A DNA stretch of 64,000 nt from Microbacteriaceae bacterium (GTDB taxonomy: Bacteria; Actinomycetota; Actinomycetes; Actinomycetales; Microbacteriaceae): contig JAODMO010000063.1 in NCBI GenBank assembly GCA_025464995.1, positions 1,712 through 65,711 of the forward strand, written 5' to 3'. The notes beneath the pieces are model-generated. The model was not told the origin of the DNA. It did no database searches and saw nothing but the letters and a program-made list of their open reading frames with translations. Of the stretch, positions 1 to 9,484 are shown in pieces. A program made the translations under genes and the position numbers. How positions within the stretch are numbered: position 1 is the first letter of the stretch; each line of letters starts with the position of its first letter.

Positions 1-2
1 GG

Positions 3-449
3 AAGGTCGGCTGGATCGTGGCCCCGCACGAGATCGTCGCAGCCATTCTCGCGGTGAAGCAGTTCCTGACGTTCGTCAACGGCGCGCCCTTTCAGCCGGC
101 GATCGCGGTGGGGCTCGCCCTGCCCGACTCTTTCTTCACGGGGATCGCCGCCGTGCTCGAGCGAAAGCGCGACGTGCTCTCCGCCGGACTCGTCGCCGCA
201 GGCTTCGAGGTGACCAGACCACAGGGCGGCTACTTCGTCGTCGCGGATGCCGCGCCGCTGGGATTCTCGAACGCCGAGGAGTTCTGCCGCCAACTGCCGA
301 CACTCGCCGGTGTCGTGGGCGTTCCGATCAGCGCTTTCGTCCGCGGCGGCGCCGACTCCGAGTACCGCTCGCTGGTGCGCTTCGCATACTGCAAGCGCGA
401 GGACGTGCTCGCCGAAGCGGTCTCACGCCTCGGGGCACTCACCCGCTGA
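3..449 (+). CDS. PLP-dependent class I/II aminotransferase, C-terminal part (5' end lies outside the window)
   Basis: Frame is open from the window edge (KVGWIVAP...). Contains PQGGYF and VRFAYCK motifs typical of class I/II aminotransferases. Confidence 0.85.
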   Translation, partial: KVGWIVAPHEIVAAILAVKQFLTFVNGAPFQPAIAVGLALPDSFFTGIAAVLERKRDVLSAGLVAAGFEVTRPQGGYFVVADAAPLGFSNAEEFCRQLPTLAGVVGVPISAFVRGGADSEYRSLVRFAYCKREDVLAEAVSRLGALTR

Positions 450-470
450 CGGCGGGTCGTCTGGGCCGGC

Positions 471-2228
471 TCAGACGCCGACTTCCACCGCGGCCCGCAC
501 CGGTGCCTTCGGCAGTCGCATCATGAACGTCGTGCCGACCCCGACCTCGCTCTCGACATCGAGCTCTCCACCGTGAGCGTCGATGATCGCCTTCGTGATC
601 GTCAGGCCGAGCCCGACGCCGGGCACCGCGGCGCGAGTCGCCGTGGAGGCGCGGAAGAACCGGGCGAAAAGCTGATCGAGCTCGCCCGCGGGGATGCCCA
701 TGCCGGTGTCGGTGAGGTTGACGACGATCGTGTCACCCTCGCAGTGCACCGTGATGGTCACTCGACCGCCACGCGGGGTGAACTTGATGGCGTTCGACAG
801 GAGATTGTCGATGGCCTGTCCGATGCGCACGGGGTCACACATCACGAGCGCGACATCTTCCCCCGCGCCGGCGATGATCGAGACATCCTGAGCCATCGAC
901 GCTGGCTGAGCCGTCTCGACGGATGCGCGCACGATCGGCATGAGGTCGACCTCGGTCAGGTCGATGGAGAAACCGCTCGCACCCACCTGGGCGGTGAACA
1001 GCAGGTCGCCGACGAGCCGCAGCAGCCGGTGGGCGTTGCGTTCGGCGATGCCCAGGTACTGCAGCTGCTCCTCCGACAACGGATCATCGGCGTCGTCACG
1101 CATGAGCTCGAGGTAGCCGAGGATCGAGCTGAGCGGAGTGCGGAGTTCGTGGGAGATCAGTCCGACGAATTCGTCCTTGAGCCGTGACACCTCGAGCGCC
1201 TGCGTGACATCCGTCGCAACGAACAGGTAGCCGGATGTATCGCCCGCATCGTCCACGCGCCGAGTGACCGCCACCTCGACCGCCAGTTCGTGGCCGTCAT
1301 CCCGCCGGTAGGTCCACTGCCGCACCTCCGGCGTGCCGAGTCGAGCCGACTCGACGAGGGCGGAGAAGCCGGGCGTGAGCACAGTCTCCCCCGGCGGATA
1401 GTTGAGTTCGCGTGACCAGTCTTCGAGCTCGCTGTCGAGGTGGAACTCGGAGATGTAGCGCTTGCCCTGGGTCTCGGTTGCGCCCGGGCCCAGCATGCGT
1501 TGCGCTCCAGGGTTCCACACGTCGATGCGTCCCGTCACGTCGGTGCCGATGACCGACTGCTCGGTGACGGCGTCGAGCACGCTGCGCGTGAGCTTGTGGG
1601 CCGCTCGCATCTGCGCTTCGCTCGAACGCAACCGCTTCGTGTGGTCTTCCGCGCCGCGCAGCATCGTCTGACGTTCCTCGGCGAGTTGCCGGATCGACGC
1701 CACCTGGGCTCGACCCTGCCGGGCGAGCTCGTTCACGATCGCGGCAGCCATCGCGAAGACGATCGGGGCGAAGACGGTACGGGTGAGGTCGGTCTGCGTC
1801 TGCGCGGCGCCGAAGCGGAACGGATCGGAGAGGGCGACGACTGTGCCTACCGCGGCGACGAGGACGTAGCGGCGCCCGTTCTCCGCGGCGATCCAGACGA
1901 CCGGGAGGATGATCACCGCGGTGAAAGGCGAAAGGCCGCCCCCAGTTCCGGACCGGAAGAGTCCGAGAGCGACGAGGTCGAGGATGGGCACGATCAGCGC
2001 CAGGCGTGCCAGCGACGGCTGGAGGGTCAAGAGCGTGGCCAACGCCGTTGCCACGATGATTCCCCACATGCCGAGGAGGGCGGCCGGCCACACCTCGAAG
2101 TCGATCTTGGGTGAGACAACGACCGCGATCACGGCCAGAAGAAAGGCGAGCGCCAAGGGAACCTGCTTGACCAGCGGCGACGGGTCGTCGACACGGATCG
2201 TGTCCTGCAACCAGCGGAAGAGCCTCAC
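471..2228 (-). CDS. Membrane PAS-domain sensor histidine kinase
   Basis: N-terminal TM helices, PAS domain, H-box ISHELRTPL, N-box NLLSNAIKFT, G-boxes DTGMGI and GVGLGL. GTG at 2228 overlaps the upstream stop (GTGA). Confidence 0.92.
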   Translation of the reverse strand: MRLFRWLQDTIRVDDPSPLVKQVPLALAFLLAVIAVVVSPKIDFEVWPAALLGMWGIIVATALATLLTLQPSLARLALIVPILDLVALGLFRSGTGGGLSPFTAVIILPVVWIAAENGRRYVLVAAVGTVVALSDPFRFGAAQTQTDLTRTVFAPIVFAMAAAIVNELARQGRAQVASIRQLAEERQTMLRGAEDHTKRLRSSEAQMRAAHKLTRSVLDAVTEQSVIGTDVTGRIDVWNPGAQRMLGPGATETQGKRYISEFHLDSELEDWSRELNYPPGETVLTPGFSALVESARLGTPEVRQWTYRRDDGHELAVEVAVTRRVDDAGDTSGYLFVATDVTQALEVSRLKDEFVGLISHELRTPLSSILGYLELMRDDADDPLSEEQLQYLGIAERNAHRLLRLVGDLLFTAQVGASGFSIDLTEVDLMPIVRASVETAQPASMAQDVSIIAGAGEDVALVMCDPVRIGQAIDNLLSNAIKFTPRGGRVTITVHCEGDTIVVNLTDTGMGIPAGELDQLFARFFRASTATRAAVPGVGLGLTITKAIIDAHGGELDVESEVGVGTTFMMRLPKAPVRAAVEVGV

Positions 2229-2602
2229 TTCTCGGTCCAGCCGGGCACGAGCTCGGCGAGCACGCGACGCACGTCTGCTCCGGTTACGGGCTTCGGCAGC
2301 GTCGCGTGGTCGACCGGGTACTCGTGCTCGTCGAGCACCGAGGTGATCACGATGTTGCACTCCGGGCGGCGCTCCTTCATTCTCGCGGCGAGCTCCCACC
2401 CGTCCATGCCGGGGAGGAGGAGGTCGATGACGGCGAGGTCGGGAGCGGATGCGTCGAACGCGTTGATCGCGTCTTCCGCCGTGCCCACGCTCTCTACCGT
2501 GCACCCGGCACGCTCGAAGTAGGTGCGGAGAAGCAGGAGCTGGTCTTCGCTGTCATCGACGATGAGCACTCGTGTGGTGCCATTGTTGTCGCTGTCGCTC
2601 AT
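2225..2602 (-). CDS. Single-domain response regulator (CheY-like receiver)
   Basis: VLIVDD, DLLLPGMDG and KP motifs; 125 aa with no output domain. Confidence 0.92.
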   Translation of the reverse strand: MSDSDNNGTTRVLIVDDSEDQLLLLRTYFERAGCTVESVGTAEDAINAFDASAPDLAVIDLLLPGMDGWELAARMKERRPECNIVITSVLDEHEYPVDHATLPKPVTGADVRRVLAELVPGWTEK

Positions 2603-3022
2603 TTAAAGACGGCCTCTCTGATGATGACGAGCCTCACGACCCACGCGATCGCGACGATTGCCCCAGCCACATGATGTCACGCGCGCAGCCCTTTCCGCGG
2701 GTCCTCCCGTCTGCGATTATCCACGCAGTGCCGCCGAGGTGCCGGAGATATTGTGGTTGGATGCATCGCCGCCCGTCGTGCTCACTCCAGTGCCAGTCGG
2801 CCTGATGTGGGTGGTATCCCGGATAATCTCCAGCAGCTCGCGCTTCTTCTCCGTGAACCCGTCGATCGACGCGAACCTCGTCGTCGGTGTCACCCCGCGC
2901 ACGACACGCTCCATGATCGCCACCGTCGGTCCGGTGTTGCATGATCGGTCGGTGGTGACCACCACACCGGGAACGAAGTTCGCCACGACGCCGTGGCGAG
3001 GGCGACGTCGGCGGAGTGCCGC

Positions 3023-3823
3023 TCAGGAACGGAGGCGCCGCAGGGAGAGAGCCGGATTGACGACGCGGGCCTGTGCGACCCGGTCGGGCGAGAGCCAGGC
3101 GACCGCGACATCCGTGGCCTCGCCGATGGTCGCGATCTCCACGCCCATGGGGTCGACGATCATGCTGTTTCCTGCACCGATGGGGGGCGCCTGGTCGGCG
3201 GCGGCCATGTAGACGGTGTTCTCGATGGCGCGGGCGGTGACGAGCGTGCGCCAGTGGTGCTCTTTGAGCGGACCGCGCACCCACTCCGACGGCAACAGCA
3301 CGAGGTCGGCACCCGCGTCGACGAGACGCCGAGTGACTTCGGGAAATCGGATGTCGTAACAGGTTTGCAGTCCCACGGTGAAGCCGCCCCAGCGGAACGT
3401 CTCTGGCACGTCGATCGGCCCCGGCACGACCCAGTCGGATTCGCGTGCGCCGAAGGCGTCGTAGAGGTGGATCTTGCGGTACCTCGCGACGAGCTCACCA
3501 GTCGGATCGACGACGACGAGCGTGTTGGAGAACCGCTCGCCCTCGTCGGCGCTCTCCACGAGCCCGGCCACGAGGTGCACTTCGAACTCGACCGCCAGGG
3601 CGATGAGCCCGGCCACGAATGCTCCGTCGAGAGGCTCGGCGGCCTCGACGAAGCCCGGCCCCAGGTCAGGTTCGAAGTACGACGAGTATTCCGGGAAGAC
3701 AACGAGGGTCGCGCCGCGGGAGGCCGCCCGCTCGGTCAGGACGCGGATGCTGGCGAGGTTCGCGGCCGAGTCCGCGACCGGCGCGAACTGGGCGACGGCG
3801 ATCGTGGACTCGGCGGTGTTCAT
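3023..3823 (-). CDS. Carbon-nitrogen hydrolase (nitrilase superfamily, Nit/YbeM-like amidase)
   Basis: Catalytic triad motifs FPE, YRKIHLYD and CYDIRFPE; ARAIEN motif. TAGGCT -10 hexamer 6 nt before the ATG. Confidence 0.92.
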   Translation of the reverse strand: MNTAESTIAVAQFAPVADSAANLASIRVLTERAASRGATLVVFPEYSSYFEPDLGPGFVEAAEPLDGAFVAGLIALAVEFEVHLVAGLVESADEGERFSNTLVVVDPTGELVARYRKIHLYDAFGARESDWVVPGPIDVPETFRWGGFTVGLQTCYDIRFPEVTRRLVDAGADLVLLPSEWVRGPLKEHHWRTLVTARAIENTVYMAAADQAPPIGAGNSMIVDPMGVEIATIGEATDVAVAWLSPDRVAQARVVNPALSLRRLRS

Positions 3824-3836
3824 TGCGTCAGCCTAC

Positions 3837-4982
3837 TCAGGCTGCGTGCGGTCGGACCACCTCGACGACGGCGGCGAAGAGCGGATGCGTCTCCTCGAGA
3901 CCCATCACCTGGGAGACGAACTCCTCAGCGCTCGAGCCGGAGAGCAGCAACCTCAGCTCAACGCTCTGCGGGTCTTCCGGCACGTCGAACTCCAGAGCGA
4001 CGCCCATGGTGCGCACGAGCGCCTCGCTCGAGAGCCCGCGCTCGGCGAGTTCGGCGGCTGGGCCGACGAAACGCTCGTTGCGGCCGAGCTTGCGCAGCGG
4101 CTGGCGTCCGACGCGGTCGACGGTGTCGCTCAGCTGCGGGTTGGCGAACCGCACCATGTTTGTGTCGATGTAGCTCTGCTGCACCTCGGGGTCGAAGCCG
4201 TGCTTCGCCACGAGTAGCTCCTTTGTCTCGGCGAGCACGGCGCGCACCTCGTCGGCGATGGCGGGTGTCGAGAACGCCTCGGCCATCGAGGAGACACCGG
4301 CAGCGAAGCCGTGGTACGCGGCGGTGGCGTGCCCGGTGTTCACCGTGAAGAGCTTGCGCTCGATGTAGGGCGCGAGGTCCGCCACGAAGTGGGCGTCGCC
4401 GATGGCGGGAACAGCGCCGTCGAACGGGCCGCTCTCGATCGCCCACTCGAAGAAGGCCTCCACGGTCACGTTGAGGCCCGCGTCGGGGTCTTGCCCCGGC
4501 ACGATACGGTCGACGGCAGTGTTGGCGAACACGGCGCCATTCGCCTCAGCGGCATCGGGCAGGGCCTTGACGATCTCGGCCTTGAGCAGGTCGGTCGCGT
4601 TGATGGCGTTCTCGCACGCCATCACGGTGAGGGGTGCGCGGTCTGCGGAGCGCTGGCTGATCGCCGCGGCGATCAGGGGCGCGACGAAGCGCAGGATGTT
4701 GGGGCCGACCGCAGTCGTCACGATGTCTGCCGTCGCGATCTCCGCGATGACGTCGCTCTCGTGCGTCGAGCTGTTGAGCGCACGGTAGTTGTCGACCGTC
4801 CACTCGGTGCCGCCCGCGCCGACCTCGGTCACGACATAGCTCGGGGTCGACGCCAGGGCGTCGATGAGCTCGCCGTTGACGTCGGCGAACACGACCTCGT
4901 AGCCGGCCTTGTGCAGGATGAGGCCGACGAATCCGCGCCCGATGTTGCCGGCACCGAAGTGCACGGCCTTGAGGTCGCTCAC
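3837..4982 (-). CDS. mtlD: Mannitol-1-phosphate 5-dehydrogenase
   Basis: HFGAGNIGRGF, ACEN, VDRIVP and ERKLFTVNTGHA motifs. Confidence 0.96.
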   Translation of the reverse strand: MSDLKAVHFGAGNIGRGFVGLILHKAGYEVVFADVNGELIDALASTPSYVVTEVGAGGTEWTVDNYRALNSSTHESDVIAEIATADIVTTAVGPNILRFVAPLIAAAISQRSADRAPLTVMACENAINATDLLKAEIVKALPDAAEANGAVFANTAVDRIVPGQDPDAGLNVTVEAFFEWAIESGPFDGAVPAIGDAHFVADLAPYIERKLFTVNTGHATAAYHGFAAGVSSMAEAFSTPAIADEVRAVLAETKELLVAKHGFDPEVQQSYIDTNMVRFANPQLSDTVDRVGRQPLRKLGRNERFVGPAAELAERGLSSEALVRTMGVALEFDVPEDPQSVELRLLLSGSSAEEFVSQVMGLEETHPLFAAVVEVVRPHAA

Positions 4983-5413
4983 GCGTTCACGTCTCCCAGC
5001 AGCTCGAGGATCTCCTCGGGCGTCTGGGCGGCGCGCAGCTTGGCCACCTCGTCGTCGTCGCTGAACACAATCGCGATGGAGGACAGCACCTCCATGTGGC
5101 CGCCGTCCTTTCCCGCGATCCCGACGACGAAGCGCACCTCGTTGCCACCCCAGTCGATCGGATTGTCGTACCGCAGGAACGAGAGCGCAGACTTCAGGAT
5201 CGTGTCTTTGCCCTCGTTCGTGCCGTGCGGAATAGCCAGGAAGTTGCCCATGTAGGTCGACACGGTCGCCTCGCGATCATGCATGAACGCGAGGTAGTCG
5301 TCGGTGACGGCGCCGGAGGCCACAAGCATGCGCCCCGCCTCGTCGATCGCTTCCGCCGGTGTCGTCGCCGACCCGTGCAGGTTGATCTGTGCAAGTTCAA
5401 GCACGTTGCTCAT
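4979..5413 (-). CDS. mtlF: PTS mannitol/fructose-family EIIA component
   Basis: STYMGNFLAIPHG phospho-His motif; lies in the mtl operon. Confidence 0.92.
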   Translation of the reverse strand: MSNVLELAQINLHGSATTPAEAIDEAGRMLVASGAVTDDYLAFMHDREATVSTYMGNFLAIPHGTNEGKDTILKSALSFLRYDNPIDWGGNEVRFVVGIAGKDGGHMEVLSSIAIVFSDDDEVAKLRAAQTPEEILELLGDVNA

Positions 5414-5463
5414 GGATTCCTCTTTCTTCCTGGCTATTCGGTGGTGCGGGTGGTGCTGCGGTG

Positions 5464-7017
5464 CTAGTTCACGTGCTTCTGGGCTTCGAGCATGCCCACG
5501 ACCTCGTCGTACTTCGGGCTTCCCATGAAGTTGTCGACGGAGACGTGCACCGAGTTCGGCGATTTCTCCTGCGCACGGGGCGTCAGCTCACGCTGCGTGA
5601 TCACGAGATCGGCGTTGCCCGTGAGGTTGGTGATCGACTCGTTGACGACCGTCACTCCCTCGATTCCGGCTTTCTTGATCTTGTTGCGCATCACGGTCGC
5701 GCCCATGGCGCTCGAGCCCATGCCGGCGTCGCATGCGAACACGATCGACTGGATCGGCCCGCGGGTCGCGGTGGTTCCCTGTGCGGTCGCGGTCGCCGCG
5801 GCGTTTCCACCGGACGCGCCGAGGAGGGCGCCGACGTTGCTGTCGCGGCCCTTGTTGGCGGCGTTCTTGGCCACTGCGTCGGAGAGAGCGGTGTCTTGAC
5901 CCGCTTCGACGGCCTCGAGGTCGCGCTTGCGGCTCGAGCGGATGATGATGGCCGAGACGAAGAACGACACCGCCGCAGACAGCAGAACCGACAGGATGAC
6001 GCCGAGGAAGCTGCCGGGAGGAGTCTGCGCGAGCACCGCGATGATCGACCCGGGCGACGCGGGAGCGCGCAGTCCGGACTGGAAGATCACGTTGGTGAGA
6101 ACACCCGTTGCGCCACCGGCGATCGCCGCGACGACCAGGAGCGGCTTGGCGAGAACGTACGGGAAGTAGATCTCGTGGATACCGCCGATGAACTGGATGA
6201 GGATGGCGCCCGGAGCGCTCGCGCGCAGCAGACCGACGCCGAACACCGAGAAGGCGAGCAGGATGCCGAGGCCGGGGCCGGGGTTCGCCTCGATGAGGAA
6301 GAGGATCGACTGGCCGGTCTCCTGCGACTGGATCGTGCCGAGCGGCGTGAACACACCATGGTTGATGGCGTTGTTGAGGAACAGGATCTTGCCCGGCTCG
6401 ACGAAGATGCTCGCGAGCGGAAGCAGGCTGCTGTCGACGAGGAAGCCGACGACGCCCTCGAGGAAGTCGCTGATCGCCGTCACCGCCGGGGCGATGAGGA
6501 AGAAGGCGACCACGGCGAGCGCGGCACCCACGATTCCGCCCGAGAAGTTGTCGACGAGCATCTCGAAGCCCGCCCGGATGCGGCCGGCCCAGATCTTGTC
6601 GATCTTCTTCATGATCCACGCGGCACCGGGGCCGACGATCATGGCGCCGAGGAACATCGGGATGCCCGCACCGACGATGACACCCATGGTGGCGATCGTT
6701 CCGACCACTCCACCGCGCAGCCCGTAGACCATGCGGCCACCGGTGTTCGCGATGAGGAGGGGAAGCAGGTACGTGATCATCGGGCCGACGAGGCCCGGGT
6801 ACGTCGCGTCGGTGTTGCTCCAGCCGCCGAGCTGCTGCACCCAGGTGGCGTCGACGCCGAGCAGCGGCAGCCACCCGGTCTCGATGAAGAGAGCGGTGAT
6901 GAGGCCCCAGGCGATGAAGGCCGCGATGTTCGGAAGCACCATTCCGCTGACGAATGTGCCGAACCGCTGAACACCTACCTTGGTCGAGCCGCGTTTGGTG
7001 GGAGACGTCGTTGTCAT
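5464..7017 (-). CDS. mtlA: PTS mannitol transporter EIICB
   Basis: FLNNAINHG, IEANPGPG, GGIHEIYFPY, and EIIB motif ACDAGMGSSAMGA. Confidence 0.96.
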   Translation of the reverse strand: MTTTSPTKRGSTKVGVQRFGTFVSGMVLPNIAAFIAWGLITALFIETGWLPLLGVDATWVQQLGGWSNTDATYPGLVGPMITYLLPLLIANTGGRMVYGLRGGVVGTIATMGVIVGAGIPMFLGAMIVGPGAAWIMKKIDKIWAGRIRAGFEMLVDNFSGGIVGAALAVVAFFLIAPAVTAISDFLEGVVGFLVDSSLLPLASIFVEPGKILFLNNAINHGVFTPLGTIQSQETGQSILFLIEANPGPGLGILLAFSVFGVGLLRASAPGAILIQFIGGIHEIYFPYVLAKPLLVVAAIAGGATGVLTNVIFQSGLRAPASPGSIIAVLAQTPPGSFLGVILSVLLSAAVSFFVSAIIIRSSRKRDLEAVEAGQDTALSDAVAKNAANKGRDSNVGALLGASGGNAAATATAQGTTATRGPIQSIVFACDAGMGSSAMGATVMRNKIKKAGIEGVTVVNESITNLTGNADLVITQRELTPRAQEKSPNSVHVSVDNFMGSPKYDEVVGMLEAQKHVN

Positions 7018-7022
7018 TTGTC

Positions 7023-8717
7023 TTACTCCGATTCTGTGGTGGTTGTGGTGAGGGATGTTGCCGCTGCGAGCACCGCGACGCGGGCCTCCACAGCGCTATT
7101 GGCCGACAGGGCGATGTCGGCGAATTCTCTGGCCTCGACGAGGGTGTACTTCGCCAGTTCGGCTCGCACGTCGGCGAGGGCGGCGGGCGACATCGAGAGC
7201 GAGGTCGCGCCGAGGCCGACGAGCACGACCGCGAGCAGCGGGTCGGCCGCGGCCTCCCCGCAGATGCCGACGGGCTTGCCGAGTGTAGACCCAGCCTTGC
7301 CCACCTCGCCGACGAGACGTAGCACGGCCGGGTGCCACGGGTCTTGGAAGGAGGCCACGGAGCCCAGCAGCCGGTCGGCCGCGAGAGTGTACTGGGTGAG
7401 GTCGTTGGTGCCGATGCTCGCGAAGTCGGTGTCGGGCAGGAGGCGGTCGGCAAGCAGCGCGGCCGCGGGCACTTCGATCATCACTCCGGCCGTCTTGATT
7501 CCGAGCTCGCGGGCCAGCTTGGTGAAGTACCGCGTCTCTTCGACCGTCGACACCATGGGTGCCATGACCCACAGTTCGGCGTCGGTCGCCGCGTCGGCGT
7601 TGGCGAGGGCCGTGAGCTGGTCGCGCAGGATCGGCTCGTTCGTGCGCAGGGCACGCAGGCCGCGCAGTCCGAGCGCCGGATTCTCCTCCGGCTCGTCGTT
7701 GAGGAAGCTGAGGGGCTTGTCGGCCCCGGCGTCGAGCGCGCGCACGACCACCTTCTTGCCGGAGAACGCGGTGAGCAGCTGCGTGTACTTCTCCTGCTGC
7801 TCGGCGACGGTCGGGGCACGGTCGGCGTCGAGGAAGAGGAACTCGGTGCGGAACAGGCCGACGCCCTCAGCGCCCTTCTCGATGGCGGGGCCGGCACCGT
7901 CGACTGAGCCGAGGTTGGCGAGCAGCGGCACCGCGGTGCCGTCGGCGAGCGCGCCCGGGCCGACCGGAACGTCGGCCACGGCGGCGCGGGCCGCGATGGT
8001 CTCGGTCGCGGCCGCCTGCTCGTCGACGCTCGGGGAGACCGAGACGGTGCCGGTCGCGGCATCGACGATGACGACCTGGCCGTCTTCCAGCTCGAGCGCG
8101 CCATTCGCGCCCACGACGGCGACGATCGACTTCTCTCGGGCGAGGATGGCGGTGTGCGACGTCGGTCCGCCATCGCTCGTCACGAGCGCGAGCACCTTGT
8201 CGAGGTCGAGCAGCGCCGTGTCGGCGGGAGCGAGGTCGCGGGCGACGAGGATGAACGCGTGGTCGGGGTCGGGCACGCCGGGAGCGGCGACGCCCTGCAG
8301 GTGCGCGACGACGCGCTGCGAGACGTCGTTGAGGTCGGTCGCCCGCTCCCCCATGTACCCGCCCATGCTCGTCAGCAGGTCACGGAACGCGGCGAAGGCC
8401 TCGTGCACCGCCCGCTCGGCCGTCTTGCCGTCGGCGATCCGGGCGTGGACGTCGTCTTTCAGCGTGGGGTCTTCGGCCATGAGCGCCTGGGCGTCGAGCA
8501 CGTCCTTGGCAGCGCCGCCGGCGCGCTCCCCGCGCAGTCGGATGTCGGCGGCCGTCGCCGCGAGAGCGCCGGCCGCACGCACCTTCTCGGCGTCGGCGCC
8601 TACCGAGCTCGGCTCGTCGGTGGGATCGGGCAGGGGGTCGGGCATGCGAAGGATGGGACCTACGGCGAGTCCGCGACCGATCCCCACACCGGAGAGGGCA
8701 GTGGTGGTGTCACTCAT
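7023..8717 (-). CDS. ptsI: PTS enzyme I (PEP-protein phosphotransferase)
   Basis: GGPTSHTAILAR, GVGLFRTEFLF, SIGTNDLTQY and ICGE motifs. Confidence 0.96.
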   Translation of the reverse strand: MSDTTTALSGVGIGRGLAVGPILRMPDPLPDPTDEPSSVGADAEKVRAAGALAATAADIRLRGERAGGAAKDVLDAQALMAEDPTLKDDVHARIADGKTAERAVHEAFAAFRDLLTSMGGYMGERATDLNDVSQRVVAHLQGVAAPGVPDPDHAFILVARDLAPADTALLDLDKVLALVTSDGGPTSHTAILAREKSIVAVVGANGALELEDGQVVIVDAATGTVSVSPSVDEQAAATETIAARAAVADVPVGPGALADGTAVPLLANLGSVDGAGPAIEKGAEGVGLFRTEFLFLDADRAPTVAEQQEKYTQLLTAFSGKKVVVRALDAGADKPLSFLNDEPEENPALGLRGLRALRTNEPILRDQLTALANADAATDAELWVMAPMVSTVEETRYFTKLARELGIKTAGVMIEVPAAALLADRLLPDTDFASIGTNDLTQYTLAADRLLGSVASFQDPWHPAVLRLVGEVGKAGSTLGKPVGICGEAAADPLLAVVLVGLGATSLSMSPAALADVRAELAKYTLVEAREFADIALSANSAVEARVAVLAAATSLTTTTTESE

Positions 8718-8977
8718 GCGTCGTGGTCCGTTCCGAGGAAGGCGGCGAGGTCGTCGAGCACCGCATCGGCGTTGTCGCCCTGCGCGTGCAGCGTCACCTC
8801 GTCGCCGTGCTGCAGGCCGAGGGAGATGACGCCGAGGATGCTGCCCGCGTTGAGGGTCTTCTCGCCCTTGGAGAGCTCCACGGCCAGACCCGATCCGGTG
8901 ACGGCCTGCACGAACATCGACGCCGGGCGTGCGTGCAGTCCGTTTGCGGAAGCGATTGTGACGTTGCGTTCAGCCAT
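8714..8977 (-). CDS. ptsH: Phosphocarrier protein HPr
   Basis: GLHARPA motif; ATG at 8977 follows a GAAGGA SD; 87 aa. Confidence 0.93.
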   Translation of the reverse strand: MAERNVTIASANGLHARPASMFVQAVTGSGLAVELSKGEKTLNAGSILGVISLGLQHGDEVTLHAQGDNADAVLDDLAAFLGTDHDA

Positions 8978-8988
8978 GGGGGTGTCCT

Positions 8989-9321
8989 TCATTTCGTTGC
9001 GGTGTGTGCGTGCCCGAGTGGGGCGAGCGAGGAGTACAGGTCGTATGCGGCTTCGGCGCCGGCGAGCGTGACGGCGGATGGTGCGAGAAGGCCGGCGGGA
9101 ACACCGAAGCGGGCGGCGCGGGCACTGAGCTCGTCGAAGGTGCTCTCGAGGTGAGCGCCGACGAGGAGCACGTCGACAGTGTCGAGCCGGGAGTCGAGGT
9201 CGTCGTCGCTCGCGGCCTGGACGGTGACGGCTTCGCCACGGGCCTTGGCGATGGAACGCAAGCGGCTGGCGAGGAAGGTGCTCGATGCGCCGGCACCACA
9301 AACGATCAGAATGGTGGTCAT
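8989..9321 (-). CDS. Stand-alone PTS EIIB-like protein (lactose/cellobiose-type CxxGxSS)
   Basis: MTTILIVCGAGASSTFLA; AAGGAGG SD before the ATG at 9321. Confidence 0.85.
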   Translation of the reverse strand: MTTILIVCGAGASSTFLASRLRSIAKARGEAVTVQAASDDDLDSRLDTVDVLLVGAHLESTFDELSARAARFGVPAGLLAPSAVTLAGAEAAYDLYSSLAPLGHAHTATK

Positions 9322-9414
9322 GGATCGCCTCCTTGCGTTCCCTGCTGTACAGCGAATCGACGTGCTTAGGCCTCCATCCTCAACCGGAAGCCCACACCGC
9401 ATCCAATAGCTTCC

Positions 9415-9445
9415 TTTCCGCACTCGCGGAAATAAGAGTGCGGAA
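9415..9445. promoter_or_regulatory. Inverted repeats between the divergent PTS operon and its regulator; candidate operator
   Basis: TTTCCGC-ACTC-GCGGAAA (9415-9432), and TTCCGCACTC...GAGTGCGGAA (9416-9445). Confidence 0.55.
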
Positions 9446-9484
9446 CGCACCGGGCCCGTGAGGAACGTGGTTAAGTTGCTTTAA

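Noticed and set aside
2229-2504. N-terminal extension of the kinase ORF in the track (likewise adnB to 26901, HPr to 9301, tatB to 43547, dppB to 62575)
   Set aside because: Most of these extensions overlap upstream genes. Coupled, SD-supported or -10-supported internal starts fit better.
5389-8829. 1146-aa plus-strand ORF and many other long antisense or alternate-frame ORFs (e.g. 16719-18776, 35075-36943, 56869-58386)
   Set aside because: Shadow ORFs expected at 70% GC. They overlap well-supported genes and are Arg/Ser/Ala-rich with no recognisable motifs.
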